Made by a program: the position numbers and the translations under genes
The notes under the pieces: model-generated
Databases searched by the model: none
Seen by the model: only the letters and a program-made list of their open reading frames with translations
What the model was told of the DNA's origin: nothing
From: Octopus sinensis
Lineage: Eukaryota
Assembly (NCBI RefSeq): GCF_006345805.1
Contig: NC_042999.1
Coordinates: forward strand, 147,684,001 to 147,748,000
DNA length: 64,000 nucleotides
Direction of reading: 5' to 3'
Part shown: positions 37,284-50,417 of the stretch, piece after piece
Layout of the letters: the number at the start of each line of letters is the position of its first letter
How positions within the stretch are numbered: the stretch's first letter is position 1

Positions 37284-38737
37284 AAATTAATCAAAATAAA
37301 AAATAGATGCCAAGGATTCAGCGGTACATATGTTTCGGGCCTTTATTAGACGGATTTATAACAATGCATAATGTGTGTCTATGGCCTTCTTCAGCCGCGC
37401 ACAACTACTACCTCAAGGACATGTATTACATCAAAAATTCTACGTTGGGGATGCAAATCCTCTCATTCGCGTACGACATAATGCGGCAACAGCATAAAAT
37501 GAAGCGTCCATCTCGTCCTTCTCTCAATGTAGAATGAGGAAGTTTGGATGTTGAGGAAATATAAATAAATGAATAAATAAATATATACATATATAAAATA
37601 CAGACAGACGTGAAGGAACCTGGTAATAAGAGCAAATAGGGATAAAGATGGAGGGGCGAGAATTCAGGACGAAGGATAAAAAAATATATAAAAAGTGTAA
37701 GTATAGAAAAATATAAAAATGTAGTGTATAAAGATATATAGAGATATAAAAAAATATAAATGAATATAAAGGTATAAAGTTATAAAAAAATAAATAAAAA
37801 AATAAAATTAAAAAAATAAAATTAAAACATTAAAAAAAAAAAAAATTATCAGAAGTATAAAGGGTATAAGAGTGTAGGAATATAAAAGAATATAAGGATA
37901 AGGGATATATAGTAGTTACGGACCAAACATATATATCTGTATATGTTTACACGAGAGTACGTATGTATGCTTGTATGCGTGTAGTTGCGTATGCGTGCGT
38001 ATATGTGCGCGTGTATATGGGTGTATGTATCCATGCGTGTACGTATGTACATGATGACCACTTAATACGTTACGAAGAACTAGATAAGCGGCTCAACAAC
38101 TCTAATTTACAATACACTAGGTCCCCAGACGCCCCGGTTGATTTATGACACCCAAGGCTTCAACAACCAGAATTTGTCATTTTCCTGACCACCATGTTTG
38201 GTCCGTAACTACTATATATCCCTTATCCTTATATTCTTTTACATTCCTACACTCTTATACCCTTTATATTTCTGATAATTTTTTTATTTTTCTATTTTTT
38301 TATTTTATTTTTTAATTTTATTTTTTTATTTATTTTTTTATAACTTTATACCTTTATATTCATTTATATTTTTTTATATTTTTTTATATCTCTTATATCT
38401 TTATACTCTACATTTTTATATTTCTATACTTACACTTTATATAATTTTTTATCCTTCGTCCTGAATTCTCGCCCCTCCATCTTTATCCCTATTTGCTCTT
38501 ATTATCAGGTTCCTTCACGTCTGTCTGTATTTTATATATGTATATATTTATTTATTCATTTATTTATATTACCTCAACATCCAAACTTCCTCATTCTACA
38601 TTGAGAGAAGGACGAGATGGACGCTTGCTGAAGAAGGCCATAGACACACATTATGCATTGTTATAAATCCGTCTAATAAAGGCCCCAAACATATGTACCG
38701 CTGAATCCTTGCCATCATGTTTTTATTTTGATTAATT

Positions 38738-38738
<1 letters not shown>
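37284..38738. repeat. Long inverted repeat (~545-bp shared arms, 263-bp spacer)
   Basis: aaattaatcaaaataaaaa at 37284 mirrors tttttattttgattaattt ending at 38738. Inner ends gaccaaacat (37930) and atgtttggtc (38194). The left arm has an extra 106 bp (37396-37501). Confidence 0.9.
37321..37398 (-). ncRNA. Minimal type I hammerhead ribozyme
   Basis: Minus strand reads gcgg-CTGAAGA-a-ggcc[41-nt loop]ggcc-c-GAA-ACATATGT-A-ccgc. Palindromic helix III, GUA triplet. Confidence 0.75.
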
Positions 38739-38772
<34 letters not shown>

Positions 38773-38879
38773 CTGTGTGTGTGTGCGTGCGTGCTCGCGT
38801 ATGTATGTATGTACGTATGTATGTATGTTGTATGTATGTATGTATGTATGTATGTATAGACATAGTCACACACAAATAT

Positions 38880-39065
38880 ATTTTCTACTTTCTATTTTCT
38901 ATTTCTTCTATTTTCTCTCCCTGTTTATTTCTATGTTCCTTTCTATCGATGAGCGTAGGCTCGAAACGTAAAAGACTTTCTCATTTCCAGAGCGTTAAAT
39001 TAGTACATGTTTGTTGTTTACACACGCGTCTTAGTCGTTTGCGTTTTTGTAAATTCTCACTATAG
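38880..39065 (+). mobile_element. PLE pseudo-LTR-like repeat (gagcgtaggctcgaaacg family)
   Basis: Aligns with 28480-28640. Motif cttt-CTATCGA-t-gagc(gtag)gctc-GAA-ACGT-A-aaag at 38939-38974. Confidence 0.7.
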
Positions 39066-39069
39066 TAAC

Positions 39070-39686
39070 GAAGATGTTCTTTCTAGAAAGATGTTAGATA
39101 GCATTATAAATAATGAAACCAATGGTACCTGCCTTAGATATAGAAGAAAAGACTGGAATATGATACAAAAAGTTTGTGACAAAGCAAGCCGAGTGGGCAC
39201 GTGGTACAAGTCCGACAATTATCAAGGAAGTGAAAACTAGCCTGTAGATTTACGGAAGCTCTGAAGGAGGCTAAACTCAACATTGAGGTCGTTGAAAAGC
39301 CAAGGAGCGCCATCAGATCACAATTATGTAGGATATACCCCTTTGTAAATACCACATGCACCAATGATAACCGCATGATATGTAAGATTAACGCTGGCAT
39401 TAACTGTAGAACTAGAAATGCAGTCTACAGCATAAGGTGCATGGATTGTGCTTGTAAAAATATGTAATATACATAGATGATGCAGCTAGAAGCAGTTGAG
39501 TCAATATGACGACAAAAACAATCTTCCCTACTCTATCAACATGCCAAAGACCAACATGGAGGCATACTAGCTCAACTTGACATACGCATTATATCCAAGC
39601 ACCCGAAGGACCCAACGCTCTGACAAGTACAAAAATACGTCCTCGTTCATGAAACATCCCCAGTACTAAATAGTAAATATACATAG
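39070..39686 (+). pseudogene. Third Penelope-like linker plus GIY-YIG endonuclease remnant
   Basis: Hand translation: LRYRRKDWNMIQKVCDKASRVGTWYK; EALKEAKLNIEVVEKPRSAIRSQLCRIYPFVNTTC...NCRTRNAVYSIRCMDC; YIDDAARS; SSLLYQHAKDQHGG...RIISKHPKDPTL*QV...PVLNSK. Multiple stops and frameshifts. Confidence 0.75.
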
Positions 39687-39906
39687 ATGTCATATCCCAA
39701 TAACCACAGTTTATATAGTTGCACAAACATGCACACGCAAAGAGACTGAGGCACTCACACAAATACACACACACACATACAGACACACACACACAAAACG
39801 CATAAACACAAACACAAAAACATGAACACACAAGCACATGGATATTCAGAACACATACATGCATACATACATACAAACTTGCACTTATGCATATATATAT
39901 ATATTA

Positions 39907-39954
<48 letters not shown>

Positions 39955-39969
39955 TATTATATATATATA

Positions 39970-40100
<131 letters not shown>

Positions 40101-41677
40101 TATATGCATACACATACATTTACATGCATGCAGATACAAACATATATGTATGCGCACGCTCACTGACGTAACTGTTTGCTAGAGTGGGCTATTGTGCCCC
40201 ATATATGACTAAAAGACTTCACCAGGTGGCGCTGTTGCGTTAGATATGGCCTGGGTCTATACTGGCCGAAGCCTATCAAAGTTATCAAAACATTTTAAAT
40301 TTTTCCGAACTAATAATGGGGATCGATAATGAATTCCATCAAGGGGTTTTGACTTTATCACTTATAATACGACACTACATGGCAACTGACCGAATCTCGT
40401 GATCTAAGTCTGAATCTATATATGTTCATAAATGTTATGACTCTAGATTTATATTATGCATGTATATATTTATTTATACGATGGTACTTACAAGGCTAGA
40501 CTTGTTCTATCGAGTTCCAAAATGATGAATTTGCACGGTGTGTGGGGGTCAATTCCTAACATATATCATGTTGCTATCTATAAAGTGAAAGAAAATTACC
40601 ATATATCCCTCTGCCAGCGGTTAAGGGGAATTAGCTCTGTTAAAATTTATATTAATTTTTTGTCAAAAAATTGCGGTTTCTGAAAGGTATATATCTAAGA
40701 TATGCATATCAGTGTTAATAACCGTGAAAACATTTACAAATCCTGTATATTTTATTCGGAATAAAAGTATTTGAAGCTTTGCAGTTGAGCACGAGTTGCA
40801 CTTATTTGAGGCACATTATATTTTTTTAATCTTGAAAGACGTTTAATTCTGTATACTAACTTCGAGGCTCCATACGTTTTGTGATTTAGTTTTGCAGTAA
40901 TTTTTCTTAATATATTTTAGTGAATTAAAACGTTGCATTGCCTTCTTTTGAACATGGTTTTGTTAACGGAATATTTACCAATATCGGTATTTTCTAATGC
41001 CCTTACATCTCCTCCACGAAAGAGCGAATTCGAGTGGCACGTGGTCTATTAAGGAGAAGGTTATATATCTAAATAGCGAAAATCAGATTAAAGATTGTAT
41101 ATTCTTGTTAGGTTTGAGATTATGCTGAAAGATTTTTGAGCTTAGATATTCAAACATCTATTGAGGACCTTTATAAATTAAATATTTTGTGGCATTCATA
41201 TACTACAGGAAAATGCAAACATGTTAGCGGCAGTATGTCTCCAGCAATGTTTGTAGATAGGATTAAGATTTCTGGAGTATTATACCATATTATTACGCGT
41301 ATTCAGGTTTATATTTTAAATGTTTGTGTAGGTTGTGCTATGTATTAGAGGAAATAACAAATCATTTCAGATAAACTCTTTATAGATATATAGTAGATAT
41401 TTCGTAAGTAAAGGCTTCACCGATGAGAGATGTGATATTCGCCTGTTAATATTTAAAAAAGGCTATATTTTATAATTCTTGGCGAGTTGCTGGAATACAT
41501 ATTGATGTAAATATCTTCGTTTGGCTTCCGAAAGCAATAAGTCAAACTGTCGTTAGGTCATGTACATATGTAATATTCTCTATTTGTATGTCTATACGTA
41601 CGTGCATGTGCACAGGGGTGTGTGTATGCATATATGTATATGTATAAGTGTATGCAAACGTATAAATGTGTGTGTAC

Positions 41678-41733
<56 letters not shown>

Positions 41734-41754
41734 ATGTATATATATATATATATA

Positions 41755-41793
<39 letters not shown>

Positions 41794-41817
41794 AAGATGG
41801 AAAGAGAAACAGATAGA

Positions 41818-41851
41818 TAGATAGATAGAATAGATAGATAGATAGATAGAG

Positions 41852-41944
<93 letters not shown>
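41818..41944. repeat. (GATA)n microsatellite
   Basis: Direct reading. Confidence 0.95.
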
Positions 41945-42333
41945 TGTAACAGCGGCTAAGTTCTAATTAGTAATACTACCACAGATTAAATGCAAAATGA
42001 AATTTCTTATTGAGGCAATTAGAAACCTAATTGTTTTTACGATGATTAGTCCTTTGATCGTGGTTGGTATTATTCGGAATAATATAACATTACACAGCCA
42101 AATCGTATGTGATTTATAGGTTTGATTTCCTTTGTTTAATTTTGCATATTTTGATCTTGTCGCAATCATTGCATTTTCCTATTCAAAAACTTGAATTGTA
42201 AGTGGTTAATCCAGTCATGTGATTTTAGCTGTGCTTTTATATATATATATATATACACACATACATACATACATACATACATACATACATACATACATAC
42301 ATACATACTACATACATACATATATAGATAGAT

Positions 42334-42451
42334 ACGCGAAGGCGAGGCCGTGTCGTAAGAAGCTTGCTTCCCAAATGCACGCTCCCGGGCTCAGTCCCAC
42401 TGTGTGGAACCTTGGGTAAGTGTCTTCTATAGCACGGGGCGACCAAATCCT
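42334..42451 (+). mobile_element. Diverged 5' fragment of SINE family A
   Basis: ctcagtcccactgtgtggaaccttgggtaagtgtcttctatagc matches the family A head. Confidence 0.7.
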
Positions 42452-42917
42452 TTAGGCATACCTATAATTTATTTAATCCAATTTATTTATCTACTTATAT
42501 TTGAAAAGGTTGTAGCAAGTGTACGAACAGATATAGAAACCAACACCCCGGCATTATGTTATACAAATGCTATATCTTCCCACACTCATAATGATGGTAA
42601 TAATAAAAAAATATACACAAACATGGCTTAAACAATGGCATTAATAACCCCTCTATTAATATACCTGAAACAAATACGCATAGTCTAGCTCATCTTTAAT
42701 AATAAAATTAAATAATCAAATTACAACACAGGAATATGCAGTGTATTAACATTATTTAGTACTATCCTCAAGACTAAATCATAAATTTGTATGCGCATAT
42801 ATATCTGTATGTATATGTGTGTGTGTATGTATACTGGTGTATCTGTAACTGTGTGCATAAATGTGACCGCGTGTGTACCGTTGGCGATTTTTTTTCCTCT
42901 GTCTTCCCTTCTCCTAT

Positions 42918-42952
42918 GTTTCCGACGAAGAGCTCCGCTCGAAACGTGAAAC
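42918..42952 (+). ncRNA. Degenerate ultra-minimal hammerhead-like motif in a PLE-type repeat
   Basis: gttt-CCGACGA-a-gagc(tcc)gctc-GAA-ACGT-G-aaac. U4C and G17 predict inactivity. Confidence 0.45.
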
Positions 42953-44015
42953 CCTCCTTCTTCCCTTCCTTCCTGAGCGTCCTATAATACTATATTTGTT
43001 CCACGTCCTCGCATAAGAATAAAAGCATTAATATGCAACCCAAATACACAAACAATTGATTGATTAATGATTAATTATTAAATTGATTAATTGATTGATC
43101 AATTGATTGATTGATTAGCTAATTGGCTGATTAGTTTACTATCTGATGTTTTTTAAGTATTTTATTCAATTTATAGCGGTGAATCAAAGAGTTATCCCCC
43201 TTCAATTATTCGAAATATAAAAAATATTACGAAAAAAATGGCGCAAAATAAACATCCCACCATTAGCTGGACCCCACTCCCACTCAAATAAAACACAAAA
43301 TTAAATAACTAAATAAATAGATTGTCTGAATTACTGATTACATGATTAATTGATCAACTCAACACTATTGCATAATGCCTTGAAATTAATGTATTGTGTC
43401 TGAAGAAATATATTATACTATAAATATATTTTAACGATAAATAAAAAGTTGTAAAAATAACTTCTCCGGTCCCTACTAATACCTTATCCCTTAATAAAAA
43501 AAAAAATGTTACTTATAATTTCCGTCATAGAATTTTCCCCTGTCTTGCTATATATTTTGGTAAATGTACATTTAATTAGACGGATAGACTTTTCAAATTT
43601 ATTATATACGGTTTTTTATATTTGTAATACCTTTCTTCTCGTAAACAATCTAAAAATCACATCCCCTAGTCATATGACTCTAACCTATTATATTATACTC
43701 ACTAACTTATACGCCCATCAAGTTTTTACTTCTATAATTCTTTATTTAATTTAATCGAATCGAATCAAGTCTCAATAGCAGTTTTTACTCTCATACCTAC
43801 CCATAACTGTGATTATTTTGTATGTTTCCATGCATATATATATAATATTTTTATATAGATTGTTTATGTTATCTGTTAACCACTAACCAGCCATAGCAGC
43901 GTCAGGGCCTTTGAAATAAATTAGCTGACTAATTAGATTACGTGATTGACCACAATCCCTTCCTCATTACCAATAGGGATTCAGCAACTTGTTAAGTATA
44001 AAATATCGGAAGAAA

Positions 44016-44359
44016 TTGTTGTTGACCCCCTTCGGTCACGACACTGACCATGGGATTGCACCTAGAAAGTTACCCTCCTAGTCACAAGTCTGGGCAAGGT
44101 GGTTTATGGAAGACCAGCAGTCGCCCATGCATACCGGCCTCCCCTCTCCACGCCACCAGTGTTATCCAAGGGAAAGGCAACGGCCGATACAACTTGGCAC
44201 CTGTGACGTCGCAACTCATTTCTACAGCTGAGTGAACTGGAGCAACGTGAAATAAAGTGTCTTGCTCAAGAACACAACACGCAACCCGGTCTGGGATTCG
44301 AGCTCACAACCTCACGATCGTAAGCTCGACGCTCTAACCATTGAGCCATGCGCCTTCAC
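44016..44359 (-). mobile_element. tRNA-derived SINE family D
   Basis: Minus strand reads gtgaaggcgcatggctcaatggttagagcg...ctcgaatccc, then gtgttcttgagcaagacactttatttcacgttgctccagttcactcagctg, and an (aac)n tail. Candidate TSD cggaagaaat at 44007-44016 and 44383-44392. Confidence 0.85.
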
Positions 44360-44731
44360 TTATTTCTTCCGTTATTTCTTCACGGAAGAAATAACGGAAG
44401 ATAATACAGTATCTTGGTAACTGACCGTAGATTTAATGCGTTTACTAATTTAGTACCAACTGCTATCATAACTATTAACATAAACTTTCACCCACTAATG
44501 GGAACCATGATTTCAGGCCCTCAACTATAAACACATCATATATTTATGTATATGTATGTGTGTACATTAATTTATATGCAAGGACAATGTATGTGTATGT
44601 GTGTACATTAATTTATATGCAAGGACAATACGAATCACTGCAGGAATACACGAATACACCCTACCTAACGCATAAAATATGTGTGTGTATATGTATGCGT
44701 ATATATTTGTATCTGTATTTGTATGTGTATG

Positions 44732-44796
<65 letters not shown>

Positions 44797-45562
44797 TATA
44801 TATGTATGTATTCATCCTTCCATGTGCTTTTTCAGTTCTAAAAAAAATGTACCCTTCTCAAACTCCATTCTTCGATTATACTATTATTTCTCTTTCTCTT
44901 TTTATACATTCACTAATAAGAATATTGTACTATACCCACTAATAACTAATTCTGTTATAAGTATGTACATGCATATATGTATGCATGTGTGTATGTATAT
45001 GTATGTATGGGTGTGTATGTATATATCTGAATGCATATGTATTTATTTATATATGCATAAATTAGCCCTATCAACTTCTTGGACTATCTTATAAAACTGT
45101 CTGACGAAGCCTAGAGATATACCCAAGTACCATAATATTATCTACAGATTACTACAGTACACCGAAAAGACGGAAATAACATGTGGGGCACTGTGACCTC
45201 TTGGTAGACACAGCAGTAAGAAACTGCTCTTCTTTCTCTATTCTAGAAATTACTAATACTTTACACATGTATTTATATATATATTATCTGAACTGTTTAA
45301 AAGAAATAAATCGACATAATATAATGTCTAACAGCTGATGAATACTACCTCTTGATTCCCTCTGTTTTATTCTTGCCATATAAATTAAGGGTAAAACCTC
45401 TTATTACCCTCGCCCAATTATTATACTCAGTAGGGTAATTGCCAAGCACTTGTGTATTAATTAGGTAGTCTACCAACAGTATATTGGATAGATACTATCC
45501 CTTAGTTGGTCGGATTCACAACCTCTAGCTCTCTTTGAATTATATATACATACATATATATA

Positions 45563-45600
<38 letters not shown>

Positions 45601-45813
45601 TGTGAAATAGAAAGATGAATAATCTTGTTGCAGATTAATCAAAAGTTTAACCGATACCTTGGTAGCAAAAATCACAGCAGAAGACAGCACGGTTGGAGGT
45701 ACAACCATATGGTGTTGCAACCGTGCGTTGGTGCGGATAATTGAATTTTAATATTATTAGTGAATTAAAGAAATGGAGTTGAACGAAGATTGAACAGAAA
45801 TCGTTTTATTGCA

Positions 45814-45893
45814 TTCTACACGTGTTTCGAAAGGCACAATTTACCAAATTCCGATTGAATAATGAGACCATATTGTGTCTTTCTCTTCAGGAA
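45814..45893 (-). ncRNA. Type I hammerhead ribozyme, fully canonical core
   Basis: Minus strand reads ttc-CTGAAGA-gaaag-a-cacaat[loop]attgtg-c-ctttc-GAA-ACACGTGT-A-gaa. It lies in a ~580-bp element between (TA)n runs (~45598-46180). Confidence 0.8.
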
Positions 45894-46182
45894 GAAATAG
45901 GAAATCCGTTGGAAAAAACAAAAACAGAACAGAGGCGGAGCAAAACAAATCGAACGAGGCTCCTAAGAGCCCATGGCCAAACTGTTTATCAATGTATGTT
46001 GAAAACGGGTGGTAGGTGCGTTGAAGATTTTAACGGGTCAGGCAGCGGTCATTCGGTGGGTGAGGGCACGGGGTGCGTAGATGTTCTTTGTGACCGAGAC
46101 TAAAGTTCTGACTATTTAAAGAATATTAGGTGTATTATATGGGGCGAGACAAATCTACTTAGAAACATGTGTGTGTGTACTG

Positions 46183-46265
<83 letters not shown>

Positions 46266-49200
46266 TGCTAGAACTTGCGTCTGTGTGAATGCCACTATGT
46301 TTTCATTGATGAATTCTGTGTCTGCTGAAAGTGAATTGTAAATGGTTTACTGTGCAATCTAAATTACAATTATTTCATAAAGGAAACCTTGTGTGCTGTG
46401 AACGCGTGAGGGTGAATATATGTATGAGTGGGTGTGCTTAATGGGTGGTACAATCTTAGAATTTTCCTAAATAATAAAATGAAATGTGACAATATTATGT
46501 AGTAAGTCCAAACAGTGACAGCTGTGATTATCCGTTGAATTTATCGTCCAGAATTTATCCAGTAGTATGTGAGGTTAAGATCAATAGGGTTTAATGTATG
46601 ATGGTGAAAGTGTTACTTACTATACGCTTAAGGAATAATAGTTCAGGTGTACGAAATTTCAGTGACTTATGCAATAAGGAATTTTATGGTTTCCATTACC
46701 CAATCACATAAACTGTGAATTTACCCTTCAATTTCCTCAATAAAATTCTTATTTGATAATTGACCTGTTTCTGTTCGCTTTGTCCTAGAGGTAATAATTA
46801 TAAAACATTATAGAACATTTTCTTGTTATCATTTTAAGGGATTTTTTATAGAGGTGTATGTTTGATCTGCTCTTGCAAATGTACAATCCAAGGTAAACGT
46901 TCTACATACTTTATTTCGTATTGAATCGTGGTTCATTGATAGCTTTTAAAGCCTGAGAGATATTTTAACTATGTTTCCGTTGATATGTGTATGCTGTAAA
47001 ACCGACAAGTGTGTACATTATTCTATGTACTATCTTTTTTTCCCTGTAGCTTCATTACATAGCCCATGCGTATAGTTGGTTATGATTTAGGAGTGAAATC
47101 TAGGAACTTCACAACATTTTCACTTGACTTTCATATGGATTTTCAGGTACTGTATGAGAAATGCTTCTGAATTTTTTATATATCTAGAATCATGTTCTTG
47201 ATGCTAAGAAAATCTACATGATTGTAGAACCGCATGTGACTTTTCATATGTATAAGGTACTGTTCTTCAGCGATAAGAAACAAAATATTGTATTTTATGT
47301 GTAGCATAATTTATAGTGCGGGATCTAAGCTCAAAATTACGACGTGATGAATTGGAAGACATTGGAGAACAGGACCTTATAATAGATGTTCTCTTTCTTT
47401 AATCAATTACTCGTTTGTCATAGAGTTGGTATTAAGAAATGCAAGAAGATTAACGCCAGAATGACGGTTGAATAACCAGTTGATGGACACCTATTGCAAA
47501 TGTAAAGAACATCATCGCAAAAGGGAAACCATTCTAGAAGAAAAATAACTCCTTGGACTTGTTATTTCAGTTAGACCAATGTTGTTTCTTCGTTGTGATT
47601 AAATTAATTTTTTTGAGGTTAGTTGTCAAGTATACAACCAACCATTTTAATAATATCCTTTCATGAGGTGGACTTCTCAGTCATTGTTCTTAGTTTTATG
47701 TTTAGTTTTTAAAAACAAAATATATTACTCTAGTGATTCTGAAACTTCCAGTAATGGTTATACAATACTGCATTGATGAGATGTGATAAGAAAGAAACAT
47801 GACCAATGTTTTTATCGAGCTGCGAAAGATCTCAGTCTGGCTTTTGTGACTAAAATTTGTAATATATATACTATATATATTGCAACTACTATAACTGTAA
47901 CGTTAATGAAATATTATTGGTAGCTTACCATAATAAATATGCTTGAGTCCACTTAACTAATATCGTGTATGTATGATCTACTTCTCTCTGTCCTTCATCT
48001 GTCATACCATTGCGAGTTATGTGTCTTGGACTAATATGTGTTATATGGACACATGTTAAATGTCGCTGGTTCTCTGTCTGATAGCTTATCAGTATAGCTA
48101 CGGTATGAAGTAAATCAATGCGAATTAAGGAATCCTGAATTTCAACTGTCCAAAGTATAGAGAAAATACCCAGATGTTTGTTGGCTCAAAAGAACAAATG
48201 GACAGATGTATTAGATTTATAGTATAACCATATCTATGACAAGAAACTTACTACCATAACAGAGATGAATATCTATAAAATTGAAATTCGTGGAACCTAC
48301 CAATGGTCACTGAGTTGGATATCAACATTTTTAAATTCATAAAATTAGTTAAGTTCCTTTCCGGAAGGGAGAATTTAAATATAATTAGTAGTAGTATCGT
48401 TCGAAACAATGGAGTGTTAGAAACGTCAAAGCCAATTCTTAACGAACTCAGATCTGATATAATAGATACATAGGATGCCACTGTATTGTATTTACGAGTA
48501 ACGCTACCTATATGACCCCTCAACTTTCCCAAGCTAATCTCATGGGAAAACATGAACTTATGACTTCGAGAAAAGAAAACTTACTCTAATCTCAGAAAGC
48601 AATAGTTGAGAAAGCTACATGCTGAAGCGTCTAGATTTCGTATCCTACCATTGGGTTGGCACGGTATAAATGGATCAGGACACTGTCATTACAACTTTTG
48701 CTGACACAACCCACCAAGCTACATCTATCATTTGTTGATACAACTGAACTCATTGCGAGGAGAATTTATACAATTAACCAATTTTTCGTGAGGTTGCTGC
48801 TCAGATTCGAAGTTGTCTCGGAGTGCTGACGCTTAGGTTCATTCTGAACGAAATCTATCGATTTGTATGGCATCGAGTTATAACTCGATTTGATGTAATT
48901 GAAATTTTCAAATATTTCTTTTTATACGTATTTTTTTTATCTTTTCGAATAACGTTGTCATTTTTTCGTATTTTCTCAAAATACCCAATGAAAGATCTTA
49001 TTGGATAGAGATTTACAATTTATTTCAATTTCTAATTATATTTTCGTCCATTAACTGTATATATCTGTGTTATTTTCACTCGTTTGTTGGTTTTGATGTT
49101 TATAATTTTCTCTTTTAATCTTCAAGAAATTTTCAGTACAAACTCTGTTTTATATCTTCAACTTTGTATCCACGCATGTGTAAAATGTTCCAATTGAAGT

Positions 49201-49855
49201 TGTTCTGTGAAGCATTTAAGTTTCTTTACAAAACAAAAGAAAATTCTCGAAGAAAAATGTTGGATGCAGTCAATAATATGTAGTCGTGAGCGTGTTAAAG
49301 ATTTACGCTTGGAATAAAACTTTAAAGTAAGTTACTGGTTTGAAATTTTAACACTCGCTCCGTTGTGTATAATAAGTATAAAAAGTCCTTTGAAATTCTT
49401 AAACTGTTTAATTCAGTTATTGGATGAATTCTCTAAGAGCAGTTTAATTCCATTTCTTGATATTTTCTTTGTGAAGGTGATGGGAGTGAGCGGTAAAATA
49501 AAAACATGATTCTCGGTTATAAACAAACACATCACAGTTTCCACCCACTATAGCAGCAATTCCGCTTCATATAAATTGTAATTAGATGAAATAAAAGGGC
49601 TATAATTTTCATCTAAACTTAAGGTAGGAACGTGGAAAGGTCAGCAAAATGTTATTATCAATCTTAATGCTTTAGAGTGGTTTTGTCCATCTACATTTGG
49701 TGTTCAAGTTTTGCAAAGTGTGTTAGATTTTCATCTCTTCGAAGTGGGTAAAATAAATACTCCACTTGAGTTATCTTATTGATTATTTTCCTCCACTATA
49801 AAATCTATCTTGCGCTCAATCTAAAACACACACACACTCATCAATATATATGTAC

Positions 49856-49892
<37 letters not shown>

Positions 49893-50087
49893 TAAGTAAA
49901 TAAATGGAGCTGAACGCAGATGCTATTTGAATTCTGCTTTCAAATCAATTAACCGGGAGTTTCTACCTTTGAATAGGTCGCTACATCCTTGTTACTTGCG
50001 TGAATTTTGCTACCCTGGTAATTGTTTACTGAATTTTCCATGTTAACGGTAAACAATGGATAATTCATTCATATATATATATATATA

Positions 50088-50313
50088 TACCAGAGTAAGC
50101 ACATAAATGTGAAACAAAGTGGAAAAGATAGTACTCGAATAACAGAGGGTGAGTAATGTGATTTATTAAAAAGCAGCAAAAATATCACAAAAACTTTTAC
50201 TCAGAGTTTCTCGTTCCTGTTCGTCGGACAGTCTTGTTTAGATTCCAAATAAAACTGTCCGATGAATGGGAACGTGAATAGTTTTTGTGATATTTTTGCT
50301 GCTTTTTAATAAA
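50088..50313 (-). mobile_element. Miniature fold-back PLE-type element, same family as the ends of the 2.45-kb palindrome
   Basis: 50088-50232 aligns with the reverse complement of 33285-33432. 50254-50313 is an inverted partial copy lacking the GAAAC..GTA segment. Confidence 0.8.
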
Positions 50314-50367
50314 GTAAACATAGATACATACATACATACATACATACATACATACATGCATATATAT

Positions 50368-50417
<50 letters not shown>

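Noticed and set aside
40238-40280. ggcc...ggcc-gaagcctatc relic downstream of the 39.1-kb PLE
   Set aside because: Core eroded (ttagata, GAAG). At best a dead pseudo-LTR ribozyme.
45092-45180. actgt-CTGACGA-agcc half motif; similar lone CUGANGA at 992, 12700, 43399, 45337, 47263, 60662 and 63955
   Set aside because: No matching helix II plus GAAA plus NUH plus helix I could be traced.
48083-48095. tagcttatcag, identical to the start of vertebrate miR-21
   Set aside because: Only an 11-nt match with no precursor hairpin. Chance.
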